From the IMG/VR virus record IMGVR_UViG_2529292919_000020: a stretch of 15,934 bases of DNA. One strand, 5' to 3'. The notes beneath the pieces were generated by a model that had not been told where the DNA came from, made no database searches, and saw only the letters and a list, made by a program, of their open reading frames with translations. How positions within the stretch are numbered: the first letter of the stretch is position 1; the number at the start of each line of letters is the position of its first letter. Below, one piece after another: positions 7,044 through 14,473 of this stretch. The position numbers and the translations under genes are program-made. This DNA comes from a virus. Its lineage: Duplodnaviria; Heunggongvirae; Uroviricota; Caudoviricetes.

Positions 7044-7282
7044 CATTTGAAGAAGTTCAGCAACATAAAAAGCTTCATTGTTTTGATGATCTGGAAACCA
7101 CGACAGCAAAAAAATATCGTCGGTTGCTTTCTTCCGATGCGTTATTTTTTGTGGATCATCATGATTTTCTGCGTAGCTCACTGACCGGGGAAATTTTCGC
7201 AACCAACCGTGAGCAGGTGGAAGCGATGATCGAATATTTGTGGAAAATAAGACGCAGAATGCGGGAGCCAGTGAAACAATAA
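7034..7282 (+). CDS. Hypothetical protein (82 aa)
   Basis: ATG at 7034 with GGGGGA SD, overlapping the stop of the ProQ/FinO-like gene. Followed directly by an intrinsic terminator. Confidence 0.5.
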   Translation: MPVTFEEVQQHKKLHCFDDLETTTAKKYRRLLSSDALFFVDHHDFLRSSLTGEIFATNREQVEAMIEYLWKIRRRMREPVKQ

Positions 7283-7290
7283 AGCGATAA

Positions 7291-7319
7291 AGGCCCGGAT
7301 TTTTTCCGGGCCTTTTTTC
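7291..7319 (+). terminator. Rho-independent terminator closing the replication/accessory operon
   Basis: Stem GGCCCGGA (7292..7299) pairing with TCCGGGCC (7305..7312), followed by TTTTTT (7313..7318). Confidence 0.7.
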
Positions 7320-7336
7320 AGGTTTTGTAAATTATT

Positions 7337-7362
7337 TGTTCGTGGTTGTTCCAGGTTGTTCG
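7337..7362. promoter_or_regulatory. Three TTGTTC units phased at exactly 10 bp (starts 7337, 7347, 7357) upstream of the capsid operon: candidate activator-binding site for late/packaging gene expression
   Basis: Direct reading: tTTGTTCgtggTTGTTCcaggTTGTTCgg. An 18-nt exact match to the reverse complement of 1304..1321. Lies just after the terminator and about 195 bp upstream of the major capsid gene start. Confidence 0.5.
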
Positions 7363-7555
7363 GTGATTCTGGTTGATGTTTACATACTGATTTTTATGTA
7401 TATGTTGGCGTGTGGCACTCAGACGTGAGCCGCCACAATGCCGCCTGACCCCCTGCGCGATGCCGGGTTGATCTGCGAGATGCCGAGAGTGTCGGGCGGC
7501 GCTCCCCCCGTGTTGGTTTCACGTCCTGAATCTTAACCAATGCGAGAAAACCTTC

Positions 7556-8701
7556 ATGAAGAAATTAATCGAACTCCGCCAGCAAAAAACCGCCCTGAAA
7601 AACCAGATGCGATCCCTGCTGGAAAAAGCCGACAGTGAAAACCGCAGTCTAACCGATGACGAGGGCAAACAGTTTGATGAACTGCGTGCAAAAGCCGATT
7701 CCCTCGACACAGAAATTTCCCGACTCGAGTCTGTGGCTGATGAAGAACGTAACCAGCCTGGTGTTCCCGTCGAAGATAAAATCACCAAAGACGAGCTACG
7801 CTCTTACATTCTGACCGGGGAAACCCGCAACCTGTCCGGCAGTGTTCCGGCTGATGGTGGTTATACGGTTATCCCGGAACTGAACAGAGAAATTATGCGT
7901 CAGCTTTCTGATGAGTCGGTGATGCGTAAAATCTGTACTGTTAAAACCATTCACAGTAATGAATTTAAGCAACTGGTTTCTGCCGGGGGTGCGGTCGTGG
8001 GACACGGCGAAGAAGGTGCGGCACGTAACCAGACGGCAACCCCAAAACTGAATGAAGTCAGTATCCGCCTGTATCCGATCTACGCTTACCCGAAAACCAC
8101 TCAGGAAATTATCGATTTTTCCGAAGTCGATATTATGGGCTGGTTATCTTCTGAAATTGGCGACACTTTCGTTGATACCGAAGAAACGGATCTGGTTTCC
8201 GGTGATGGCGAGAAAAAAGCCAAAGGTTTCCTGACTTTCCCGCGCACTACGGATAATGACAAAACCCGTCCTTTCGGTACGCTCCAGACGAAAAAAGTGA
8301 CTGGCAGTCTCAGCGCCGATATGCTGATTGACCTGAAATTTACGCTGCGCAATAAGTACCGCAAAAAAGCTGTATGGGTGATGAACTCAAATACAGCCGC
8401 CTCCGCACAAAAACTGAAAAATGCCACTGGTGATTACATCTGGCGCGATCGTTTACAGGCTGGTGATCCTGATTCTCTGCTGGGGCTTCCGGTTGAATAT
8501 CTGGAATTTATGCCGGACGGTGTGATTGCAGTCGGTGACTTTAAGCGCGGTTATTTCATCGTTGACCATAAAACCGGTACGCGTACCCGTCCGGATTTCA
8601 GCGAGCCTGGATTCATTAACATCTATACCCAGAAATATCTGGGCGGTGGTGTGGTGGATTCGAACGCCATCAAGATTCTGGAAATTCAGGCTGGCAAGTA
8701 A
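7556..8701 (+). CDS. Major capsid protein, HK97 family (with N-terminal coiled-coil delta/scaffold-like domain)
   Basis: 381 aa. The N-terminal ~100 aa are highly charged and coiled-coil-like (ELRQQKTALKNQMRSLLEKAD...LRAKADSLDTEISRLES), as in HK97-type capsid delta domains. Gene context with protease and portal. Confidence 0.85.
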   Translation: MKKLIELRQQKTALKNQMRSLLEKADSENRSLTDDEGKQFDELRAKADSLDTEISRLESVADEERNQPGVPVEDKITKDELRSYILTGETRNLSGSVPADGGYTVIPELNREIMRQLSDESVMRKICTVKTIHSNEFKQLVSAGGAVVGHGEEGAARNQTATPKLNEVSIRLYPIYAYPKTTQEIIDFSEVDIMGWLSSEIGDTFVDTEETDLVSGDGEKKAKGFLTFPRTTDNDKTRPFGTLQTKKVTGSLSADMLIDLKFTLRNKYRKKAVWVMNSNTAASAQKLKNATGDYIWRDRLQAGDPDSLLGLPVEYLEFMPDGVIAVGDFKRGYFIVDHKTGTRTRPDFSEPGFINIYTQKYLGGGVVDSNAIKILEIQAGK

Positions 8702-8709
8702 TGAGCAAA

Positions 8710-8730
8710 GGGGGCTTCGGCCTCCTTTTT
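8710..8730 (+). terminator. Intrinsic terminator/attenuator immediately after the major capsid gene (UUCG tetraloop hairpin plus T-run)
   Basis: GGGGGC (8710..8715), TTCG loop, GCCTCC (8720..8725, one G-U pair), TTTTT (8726..8730). Located between the capsid stop (8701) and the protease start (8751). Confidence 0.6.
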
Positions 8731-8750
8731 CAGCTTTATGGAGTACACCG

Positions 8751-9311
8751 ATGAAAAACACCGATTTTGAAATCCGTACATCTGAACTGACCGCCAGCGA
8801 TAAAAAACTGGTGGGTTATGCCGTTCGCTGGAACAGCCTTTCAGAAATTATCTGGGACGAGTTTCGCGAACAGTTCACGCCGGGGGCTTTTGCTGACTAT
8901 CTGGCGGCGGGTAATGATGTGCGCTGTCTGTATGAGCATGACTATACCCGACTGCTGGGGCGTACCAAATCCGGCTCACTGGTACTGACTGAGGATAACA
9001 CCGGGCTACGTTTTGAACTGACACCGCCAAATACCCAGCTTGGAAAAGATGTGCTTACGCTGGTGGAACGTGGCGATATTACAGGAATGAGCTTTGGCTT
9101 TCGCGCATTATGCGAGGAGTGGAATATCGCGCAAAAACCGTATCTGCGTACTGTAACCGCCGCAGAACTCCGTGAAATCACGATAACATCGATGCCTGCT
9201 TATCCCGAATCCGGCGTGGAGATTGCCCACCGTTCGTTGTTTGCACAGTACCCTGAATTACGCCCGGCAGGAAATAATCGTCATCGCTGGGCTGAACTGG
9301 CGGGGTTGTGA
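8751..9311 (+). CDS. Prohead maturation protease, HK97 family (S78/U35-like)
   Basis: 186 aa from ATG 8751 with GGAG SD. The track ORF 8526..9311 extends upstream into the capsid gene in another frame. Motifs typical of HK97 proteases: LVGYAVRWN...LYEHDYTRLLGRT...GLRFELTPPNT..GKDVL..VERGDITGMSFGF. Confidence 0.85.
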   Translation: MKNTDFEIRTSELTASDKKLVGYAVRWNSLSEIIWDEFREQFTPGAFADYLAAGNDVRCLYEHDYTRLLGRTKSGSLVLTEDNTGLRFELTPPNTQLGKDVLTLVERGDITGMSFGFRALCEEWNIAQKPYLRTVTAAELREITITSMPAYPESGVEIAHRSLFAQYPELRPAGNNRHRWAELAGL

Positions 9312-9312
9312 T

Positions 9313-10527
9313 ATGTGGTGGCCTTTTAGTCGTAAAAAAAGCGATCTGCGTAACCTGTCCATTGATGATTTTCTGGCGTTGTCTGGTGTACCAAATACCG
9401 GATCCGGAGAATATGTTTCTGCCGGGACGGCTGAATCATTGCCTGCTGTGATGAACGCGGTTTCTGTCATCGCTGAGGCGGTGGCCACGATGCCGTGTTA
9501 CCTGTATCTGGTACGCAATGATAAGGGCAGAGAGGCGCGGGAATGGCTGGACAGTCACCCGGTAGATATTCTGCTGAATGAGCAGCCTAATTCGTGCCTG
9601 ACACCTTACCAGTTTAAACGCACAATGATGCGTCACTGCCTGCTGAACGGTAACGCCTATGCGGTTATTGAGTGGGGGCGGGACGGGCAGCCAAAATCAC
9701 TTCATCCTTATGCGCCGGGGTGTGTTGTACCGGAACGCACAGGCACACACAAATACCGCTATACCATCACCGAACCCTGTACAGGAACGGTGCGCACGTA
9801 TTTACAGGAAGAAGTTCTGCATCTCCGCTATGCCTCGGATGATGGCTTTCTGGGGCGTTCCCCCGTCACGATTTGCCGTGAGGCGCTGGGGCTTGGCCTT
9901 GCTCAACAGCGTCACGGAGCCAGCATTATGAAAGATGGCATGATGGCGGCAGGGATTATCACGTCAGGTGAATGGCTGGACGGCGTGAAAGGTAAACAGG
10001 CATTAGACGCACTGGAACGCTACAAGGGGGCGAAAAATGCCGGAAAAACGCCAATCCTTGAAGGGGGCATGGATTACAGGCAGCTGGGGATGAGTAACCA
10101 GGATGCGGAATGGCTGGCCTCCCGTCGCTTCTCCATTGAAGACATCGCCAGGATGTTCAACGTGTCGCCGATTTTTCTTCAGGAATACAGCAACAGCACC
10201 TACAGCAATTTCAGTGAGGCGAGCCGCGCATTTCTGACCATGACAATGCGCCCGTGGCTGGCGAACTTCGAACAGCAAATCAAGGCCGCTTTGCTGGTGA
10301 CTTCTCCCGTACCAGGTACCCGTTATCTGGTTGAGTTTGATTCAGCCGATTTACTGCGCGCCACACCCACCGAACGTTATGCCACGTATGAGAAAGGGAT
10401 TAAGAGCGGGATCATGAATCCGAACGAAGCTCGCGAACGCGAGGGGATGCCGCCGCGTGAAGGTGGTGATGAGTTCAGCCAGGCATGGAAACAGACTGTG
10501 GAAATTAAAGGGAGAAAAGATGAGTGA
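9313..10527 (+). CDS. Portal protein, HK97 family
   Basis: 404 aa from ATG 9313, 2 nt after the protease stop. The track ORF starts at 9223 inside the protease gene. Size and order are consistent with a portal; overall similarity to HK97-type portals by eye. Confidence 0.8.
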   Translation: MWWPFSRKKSDLRNLSIDDFLALSGVPNTGSGEYVSAGTAESLPAVMNAVSVIAEAVATMPCYLYLVRNDKGREAREWLDSHPVDILLNEQPNSCLTPYQFKRTMMRHCLLNGNAYAVIEWGRDGQPKSLHPYAPGCVVPERTGTHKYRYTITEPCTGTVRTYLQEEVLHLRYASDDGFLGRSPVTICREALGLGLAQQRHGASIMKDGMMAAGIITSGEWLDGVKGKQALDALERYKGAKNAGKTPILEGGMDYRQLGMSNQDAEWLASRRFSIEDIARMFNVSPIFLQEYSNSTYSNFSEASRAFLTMTMRPWLANFEQQIKAALLVTSPVPGTRYLVEFDSADLLRATPTERYATYEKGIKSGIMNPNEAREREGMPPREGGDEFSQAWKQTVEIKGRKDE

Positions 10528-10822
10528 AGCCAGAATTACACCTGATGAAGTCAGGGCACATCTTCGACTTGATGATGATTTATCCGGTGAAGGCGAACTT
10601 CTGAAAATGTATACCGATGCGGCGCTGGAAGCCTGCCAGAAGCATATCGGGAAACGTTTTGAAGACGGGCTGGAATTTACCCCGGCAATGCGTGTTGGTT
10701 GCCTGATGTACATCGCTTTCCTGTACGAGAACAGGGAAGCAGTTTCACCAGTGGAGCAGTCTGAACTGCCTATGGCTATTTCTGCGCTCTGGTCGGTTTA
10801 TCGTGATGTGGGGGTGTACTGA
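10520..10822 (+). CDS. Head-tail connector (gp6-like) protein
   Basis: 100 aa from ATG 10520 with GGGAG SD, overlapping the portal stop. N-terminal ...EVRAHLRLDDDLSGEGELLKMYTDAALEACQ... resembles the gp6-like head-tail connector family signature. Confidence 0.7.
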   Translation: MSEARITPDEVRAHLRLDDDLSGEGELLKMYTDAALEACQKHIGKRFEDGLEFTPAMRVGCLMYIAFLYENREAVSPVEQSELPMAISALWSVYRDVGVY

Positions 10823-11262
10823 TGCCGTGGCAACCATTAAGGCGATGCACTGAGCCGGGCTGTAATAAGCGCGTGAAGTCCGGCAAGTGTGAAGAGCACA
10901 GGCGGGCTGTATGGCGTGCAGAGGATGCCAGACGGGGACACCGCCGCGCGCGCGGGTATTCCCGACAGTGGGACAAATACCGCGCCCTGTACCTGAGCAA
11001 AAACCCGTTATGCGTGCATTGTCTGGTTAAGGGGATTTATACGCCAGCTCTTGTGGTGGATCACATCATTCCCATCAATGGCGGCGGTGATGTTCTCTTC
11101 TGGCCTGAGTGGAACCACCAGGCATTGTGCCAGACGTGCCACAACCGTAAGACGACACGGGAAGATCCCGCCACGAAAGCGAACCGTAAGGCGGGCATGT
11201 ATCGCGAGCAGGAAGAACGGGCGGCACACCGTAACGACTGGATGTATGGCGATGATGACTGA
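10822..11262 (+). CDS. HNH endonuclease (terminase-associated)
   Basis: 146 aa. The start overlaps the connector stop (TGATG). Cys-rich N-terminus (C..C......C..H) and HNH core VVDHIIPINGGGD...NHQALCQTCHNRKT. Confidence 0.85.
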   Translation: MPWQPLRRCTEPGCNKRVKSGKCEEHRRAVWRAEDARRGHRRARGYSRQWDKYRALYLSKNPLCVHCLVKGIYTPALVVDHIIPINGGGDVLFWPEWNHQALCQTCHNRKTTREDPATKANRKAGMYREQEERAAHRNDWMYGDDD

Positions 11263-11550
11263 ACAGGAGCAAAACAGGCTGATACGTGGGTTGATAAGGC
11301 AGCGTGACACATGGAAGACACAGGAGACAGGGCACAAAGCCAACAGGACAGGGCGCACAAAACGCACCACAGCGAAGTGATTAACCGACCGTGACCGCGA
11401 GGTCATGGAATGTTTTCGCAATCGCTGGTGAGGCCGTCAGAGGGGGTGGGGGTGGTTTTCAGGACGAAACCGCCCCTGCCGGACACCGACCGCCTCCTCA
11501 AATTTTTGTGCACGGGAATTTTTTTGAAAATAATTGGGCGAAAAAAGAAC

Positions 11551-11907
11551 ATGGCAAGACCACCAAAAGCCCCCGCTTACCTGGATGAAATCGCGGTCAG
11601 GCAGTGGAAGGAAAAATCGCGCCAGCTTTCCGGACGGGAAGACCTTACCCCCGCCGACTGGAGCAATCTGGAGCTGTATTGTGTTAACTACTCCATATAC
11701 CGCAAAGCCGTCGAAGACCTTGCCACGCGCGGGTTCAGCATTGTTAACAGTCAGGGCAGCGAGAGCAGAAACCCCGCCCTGAGCGCAAAGGCTGACGCTG
11801 AAAGAATAATGATCAAAATGGCTTCTTTGCTGGGTTTTGACCCGGTAAGTCGCCGCAGAAATCCACCGGAAACAGAGGAAGAGGACGAGCTTGACCGCCT
11901 GGCATGA
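11551..11907 (+). CDS. terS: Terminase small subunit (P27-like family)
   Basis: 118 aa from ATG 11551 (MARPPKAPAYLDEIAVRQWKE...LELYCVNYSIYRKAVEDL...NPALSAKADAERIMIKMASLLGFDPVSRRR), a pattern typical of P27-family small terminases. The track start at 11410 adds a low-complexity leader lying in the putative packaging-site region. Confidence 0.75.
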   Translation: MARPPKAPAYLDEIAVRQWKEKSRQLSGREDLTPADWSNLELYCVNYSIYRKAVEDLATRGFSIVNSQGSESRNPALSAKADAERIMIKMASLLGFDPVSRRRNPPETEEEDELDRLA

Positions 11908-13552
11908 GTACGCAGAAGGCGTAAAAAACGGCAAAATTACGGCCTGTAAACGACTGAAACAGGCCGTTAAACGGTATTTTTCTGACCTTGAAAACCCCCT
12001 TTACACGTTCGATCCGGAGGTCGTGGAGCGGTTTATTGCCTTTTCCAGGGTGTGTCCGCACGTAAAAGGCGCAATGCGCGGTAGCCCCATTGAGCTGGAG
12101 CCGTGGCAGCAGTTCGCCTTTGCGTGCATCCTGGGCTTTAAGGTTAAGGCCACCGGACGGCGCAAATACACCAGCGCATTCATTGAAGTGCCGCGAAAAA
12201 ATGCCAAATCCACGGTCGCCGCTATCCTGGCTAACTGGTTTCTGGTTATGGAAAACGGGCAGCAGGATATTTACACCGCCGTCGTGAGTCGTGATCAGGC
12301 GCGGATCGTGTTTGATGATGCGCGTCAGATGTGCCTTTTATCCCGACCGTTACGAAAGCGGGTAAATATTCAGGCACACAAGGTGATACACCCGAAAACC
12401 AACAGCCTGTTAAAGCCACTGGCAGCAAAAGCGGCAACCATTGAAGGTACAAACCCGAGTCTTGCCATTGTGGATGAATATCACCTGCACCCTGACAACG
12501 GGGTTTATTCCGCGCTTGAACTGGGAATGGGGGCGCGTCCGGAGGGGCTGTTATTTGCCATCACCACATCGGGGAGCAACGTTGTTTCAGCCTGTAAACA
12601 ACACTACGACTATTGCTGCCAGATACTGGATGGTGAAGAGGTGAACGAATCCATGTTCGTGCTGATTTACGAGCTGGATGATGAAAGCGAGGTTGACGAT
12701 CCGGCGATGTGGATAAAGGCGAATCCCAATATCGATGTTTCCGTCGATCGTGAAAAACTGGCCTCAACCATCCAGAAAGCGCGGGGTATTCCGTCGCAGT
12801 GGGTGGAAATGCTCACCAAGCGATTCAATATCTGGTGTCAGGGGGCCACGCCGTGGATGGGTAACGGTGCATGGGCGGAGTGCGCCGGAACGTTCGCGGA
12901 GGCGGATTTATACGGTCAGGAGTGCTACGCGGGGCTGGACTTATCATCAACCAGCGATATTTCCAGCGTGTGCTATGCCTTTCCGGTCGGTAAAAAGATT
13001 ATGCTGGTTTCCCGTCACTATCTGCCGGAATTTCAGCTACAGAACCCCGCCAATAAAAACCGCGCCATCTATCGCCAGTGGGTAAAGGCGGGCTGGATAC
13101 GCACAACACCGGGTGACTGCATTGATTATGACCGTATCCGTGATGACATCATGGCGGATGCAGAGAATTTCAATATCAGGCTGGTGGGCTTCGATACATG
13201 GAACGCCACGCACCTGAGGACGCAGCTACAGGGGGCAGGATTTGAGGTGGAGCCGTTCCCGCAAACATACCTTCGTTTCAGTCCGGCGGCGAAATCGTTC
13301 GAAGTTTTTGTTAACCGGAAGGTGATTGTGCATCGTGGTGATCCGGTGCTGGCCTGGTCAATGAGTAATGTTGTGATGCAGAGTGACGCGAACGCCAATA
13401 TCAAGCCGAACAAGAAAAAATCATCCAACAAGATAGACCCGAGCGTTGCGGCGCTGATGGCGTTTGGCACATTCCAGGCAGAGCATGAAGATTTTGCCTT
13501 TGATATAAGCGACAGCCACAAAGAGCGGCTTGCGGCGTTTGATGGTGTATAA
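11891..13552 (+). CDS. terL: Terminase large subunit (ATPase/nuclease)
   Basis: 553 aa. The start is probably TTG at 11891, overlapping the terS 3' end by 17 nt; the next in-frame ATG is about 60 codons downstream and would remove the conserved N-terminus (WHEYAEGVKNGKITACKRLKQAVKRY). Walker A-like VPRKNAKST. Length and position typical of terL. Confidence 0.9.
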   Translation: MTAWHEYAEGVKNGKITACKRLKQAVKRYFSDLENPLYTFDPEVVERFIAFSRVCPHVKGAMRGSPIELEPWQQFAFACILGFKVKATGRRKYTSAFIEVPRKNAKSTVAAILANWFLVMENGQQDIYTAVVSRDQARIVFDDARQMCLLSRPLRKRVNIQAHKVIHPKTNSLLKPLAAKAATIEGTNPSLAIVDEYHLHPDNGVYSALELGMGARPEGLLFAITTSGSNVVSACKQHYDYCCQILDGEEVNESMFVLIYELDDESEVDDPAMWIKANPNIDVSVDREKLASTIQKARGIPSQWVEMLTKRFNIWCQGATPWMGNGAWAECAGTFAEADLYGQECYAGLDLSSTSDISSVCYAFPVGKKIMLVSRHYLPEFQLQNPANKNRAIYRQWVKAGWIRTTPGDCIDYDRIRDDIMADAENFNIRLVGFDTWNATHLRTQLQGAGFEVEPFPQTYLRFSPAAKSFEVFVNRKVIVHRGDPVLAWSMSNVVMQSDANANIKPNKKKSSNKIDPSVAALMAFGTFQAEHEDFAFDISDSHKERLAAFDGV

Positions 13553-13557
13553 CGAGA

Positions 13558-13842
13558 GTGAGCGAAACCGAACTACTAAAAATAATCCGCCGCATTACCG
13601 GAATCAGCCAGGAAGCAGGCAAACAGGAGGCCACGCAGCCGGACAGCGTGATAGCCGAAAATTACGCGCGTGTGGTGGCTGAGGTGATGCGCCGTGATGG
13701 TATTGAGCTTAACGGCGTGGATATGCGCTACATACGGATCAGAGTTCTGGAGTTGTTGTCATATCGTCGCCGCGTGGAGATGTACCAGGAGAAAGAAAAA
13801 ATTACTTACCACTGGAAGAAGCCGGAGCGGTTGCGGCGGTAA
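13558..13842 (+). CDS. Hypothetical protein (94 aa) downstream of terL; last ORF of the element
   Basis: ORF-track ORF with GTG start and weak RBS. Charged, helical-looking sequence with no recognisable motif. Its stop codon lies inside the first copy of a 23-nt direct repeat. Confidence 0.4.
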   Translation: MSETELLKIIRRITGISQEAGKQEATQPDSVIAENYARVVAEVMRRDGIELNGVDMRYIRIRVLELLSYRRRVEMYQEKEKITYHWKKPERLRR

Positions 13843-14003
13843 CTGGTTGATATTCCCGACGGTCCAAAAATGGGTTGGCTACACCCCTCACAACTACGAC
13901 ATTTTCGCAGTTTAATTAATGGTCAGCTTAATCGCTAACCCGCTGATATTTTCGGAAACCTCAATTTGAGGAAGTCGGCGCGGTAACTGTTTGATATTCC
14001 CGA
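13837..14003. repeat. 23-nt direct repeat CGGTAACTG(G/T)TTGATATTCCCGA (13837..13859 and 13981..14003, 1 mismatch), part of a diverged ~140-bp tandem duplication
   Basis: Direct reading. A second shared block CTAACCCG(C/T)TGAT occurs at about 13936 and 14069. Confidence 0.5.
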
Positions 14004-14334
14004 TAACGCAAAATTGCGCTGGATGAATGAACATTATGTTACTTATGATTACGCAGATGATTAAGGCCTAACCCGTTGATTCTTCCACAATCCCCCATTG
14101 GGGGAGGCTGGGCGGCCTGCTGTGGGCTTTTCCACCATTGGTGGAAAGGTGCAGATCTGAATCATCATTACGGTGATCAAGGGTATGTAAAACCCACCAG
14201 CCTGATTGACATTTAACCGGAAAAAAAGCCAGGTAGCCCCGTTATGGGGATCCCCATATCGACATTAACGCCCCTCATGAATTGGCGTGCTTTCCCCTGG
14301 AAAGATGACCCGCCTGTATATTTCTTGTGTCTAT

Positions 14335-14391
14335 TTGTTCCACGTTGTTTCATACAGTGCACCGAACGGTGTAGTTAATGGTGTAGTTAAT
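14335..14391. repeat. Third copy of the phased TTGTTC motif (14335..14351, 2 units 10 bp apart) followed by a perfect tandem GGTGTAGTTAAT x2 (14368..14391)
   Basis: 14335..14352 (TTGTTCCACGTTGTTTCA) is an 18-nt exact match to the reverse complement of 1295..1312. The 12-bp tandem duplication was read directly. Confidence 0.45.
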
Positions 14392-14473
14392 TTGCGATTT
14401 TTGGTACTTTTTGTAGTGCAAATTATTTAATTAAATCAATGCCTTATCTTAATTTAGTGATAAAAGGACATAT

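Noticed and set aside
11008-11421. Minus-strand ORFs (137 aa and overlapping 99-aa and 86-aa frames) over the HNH gene and packaging-site region
   Set aside because: Antisense to the HNH gene with its clear catalytic motif. Multiple overlapping frames suggest composition-driven open frames rather than genes.
11410-11550. Upstream extension of terS to the ATG at 11410
   Set aside because: The extra 47 residues are low-complexity and lie over the repeat/G-tract region that looks like a DNA site. Small-terminase-like sequence begins at the ATG at 11551.
13843-14473. tRNA or tmRNA gene as the integration target at the right junction
   Set aside because: I looked for tRNA-like cloverleaf features and a CCA-proximal acceptor stem. 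Only short independent hairpins are present and I cannot support a tRNA call by eye. A tRNAscan or ARAGORN run would settle this.
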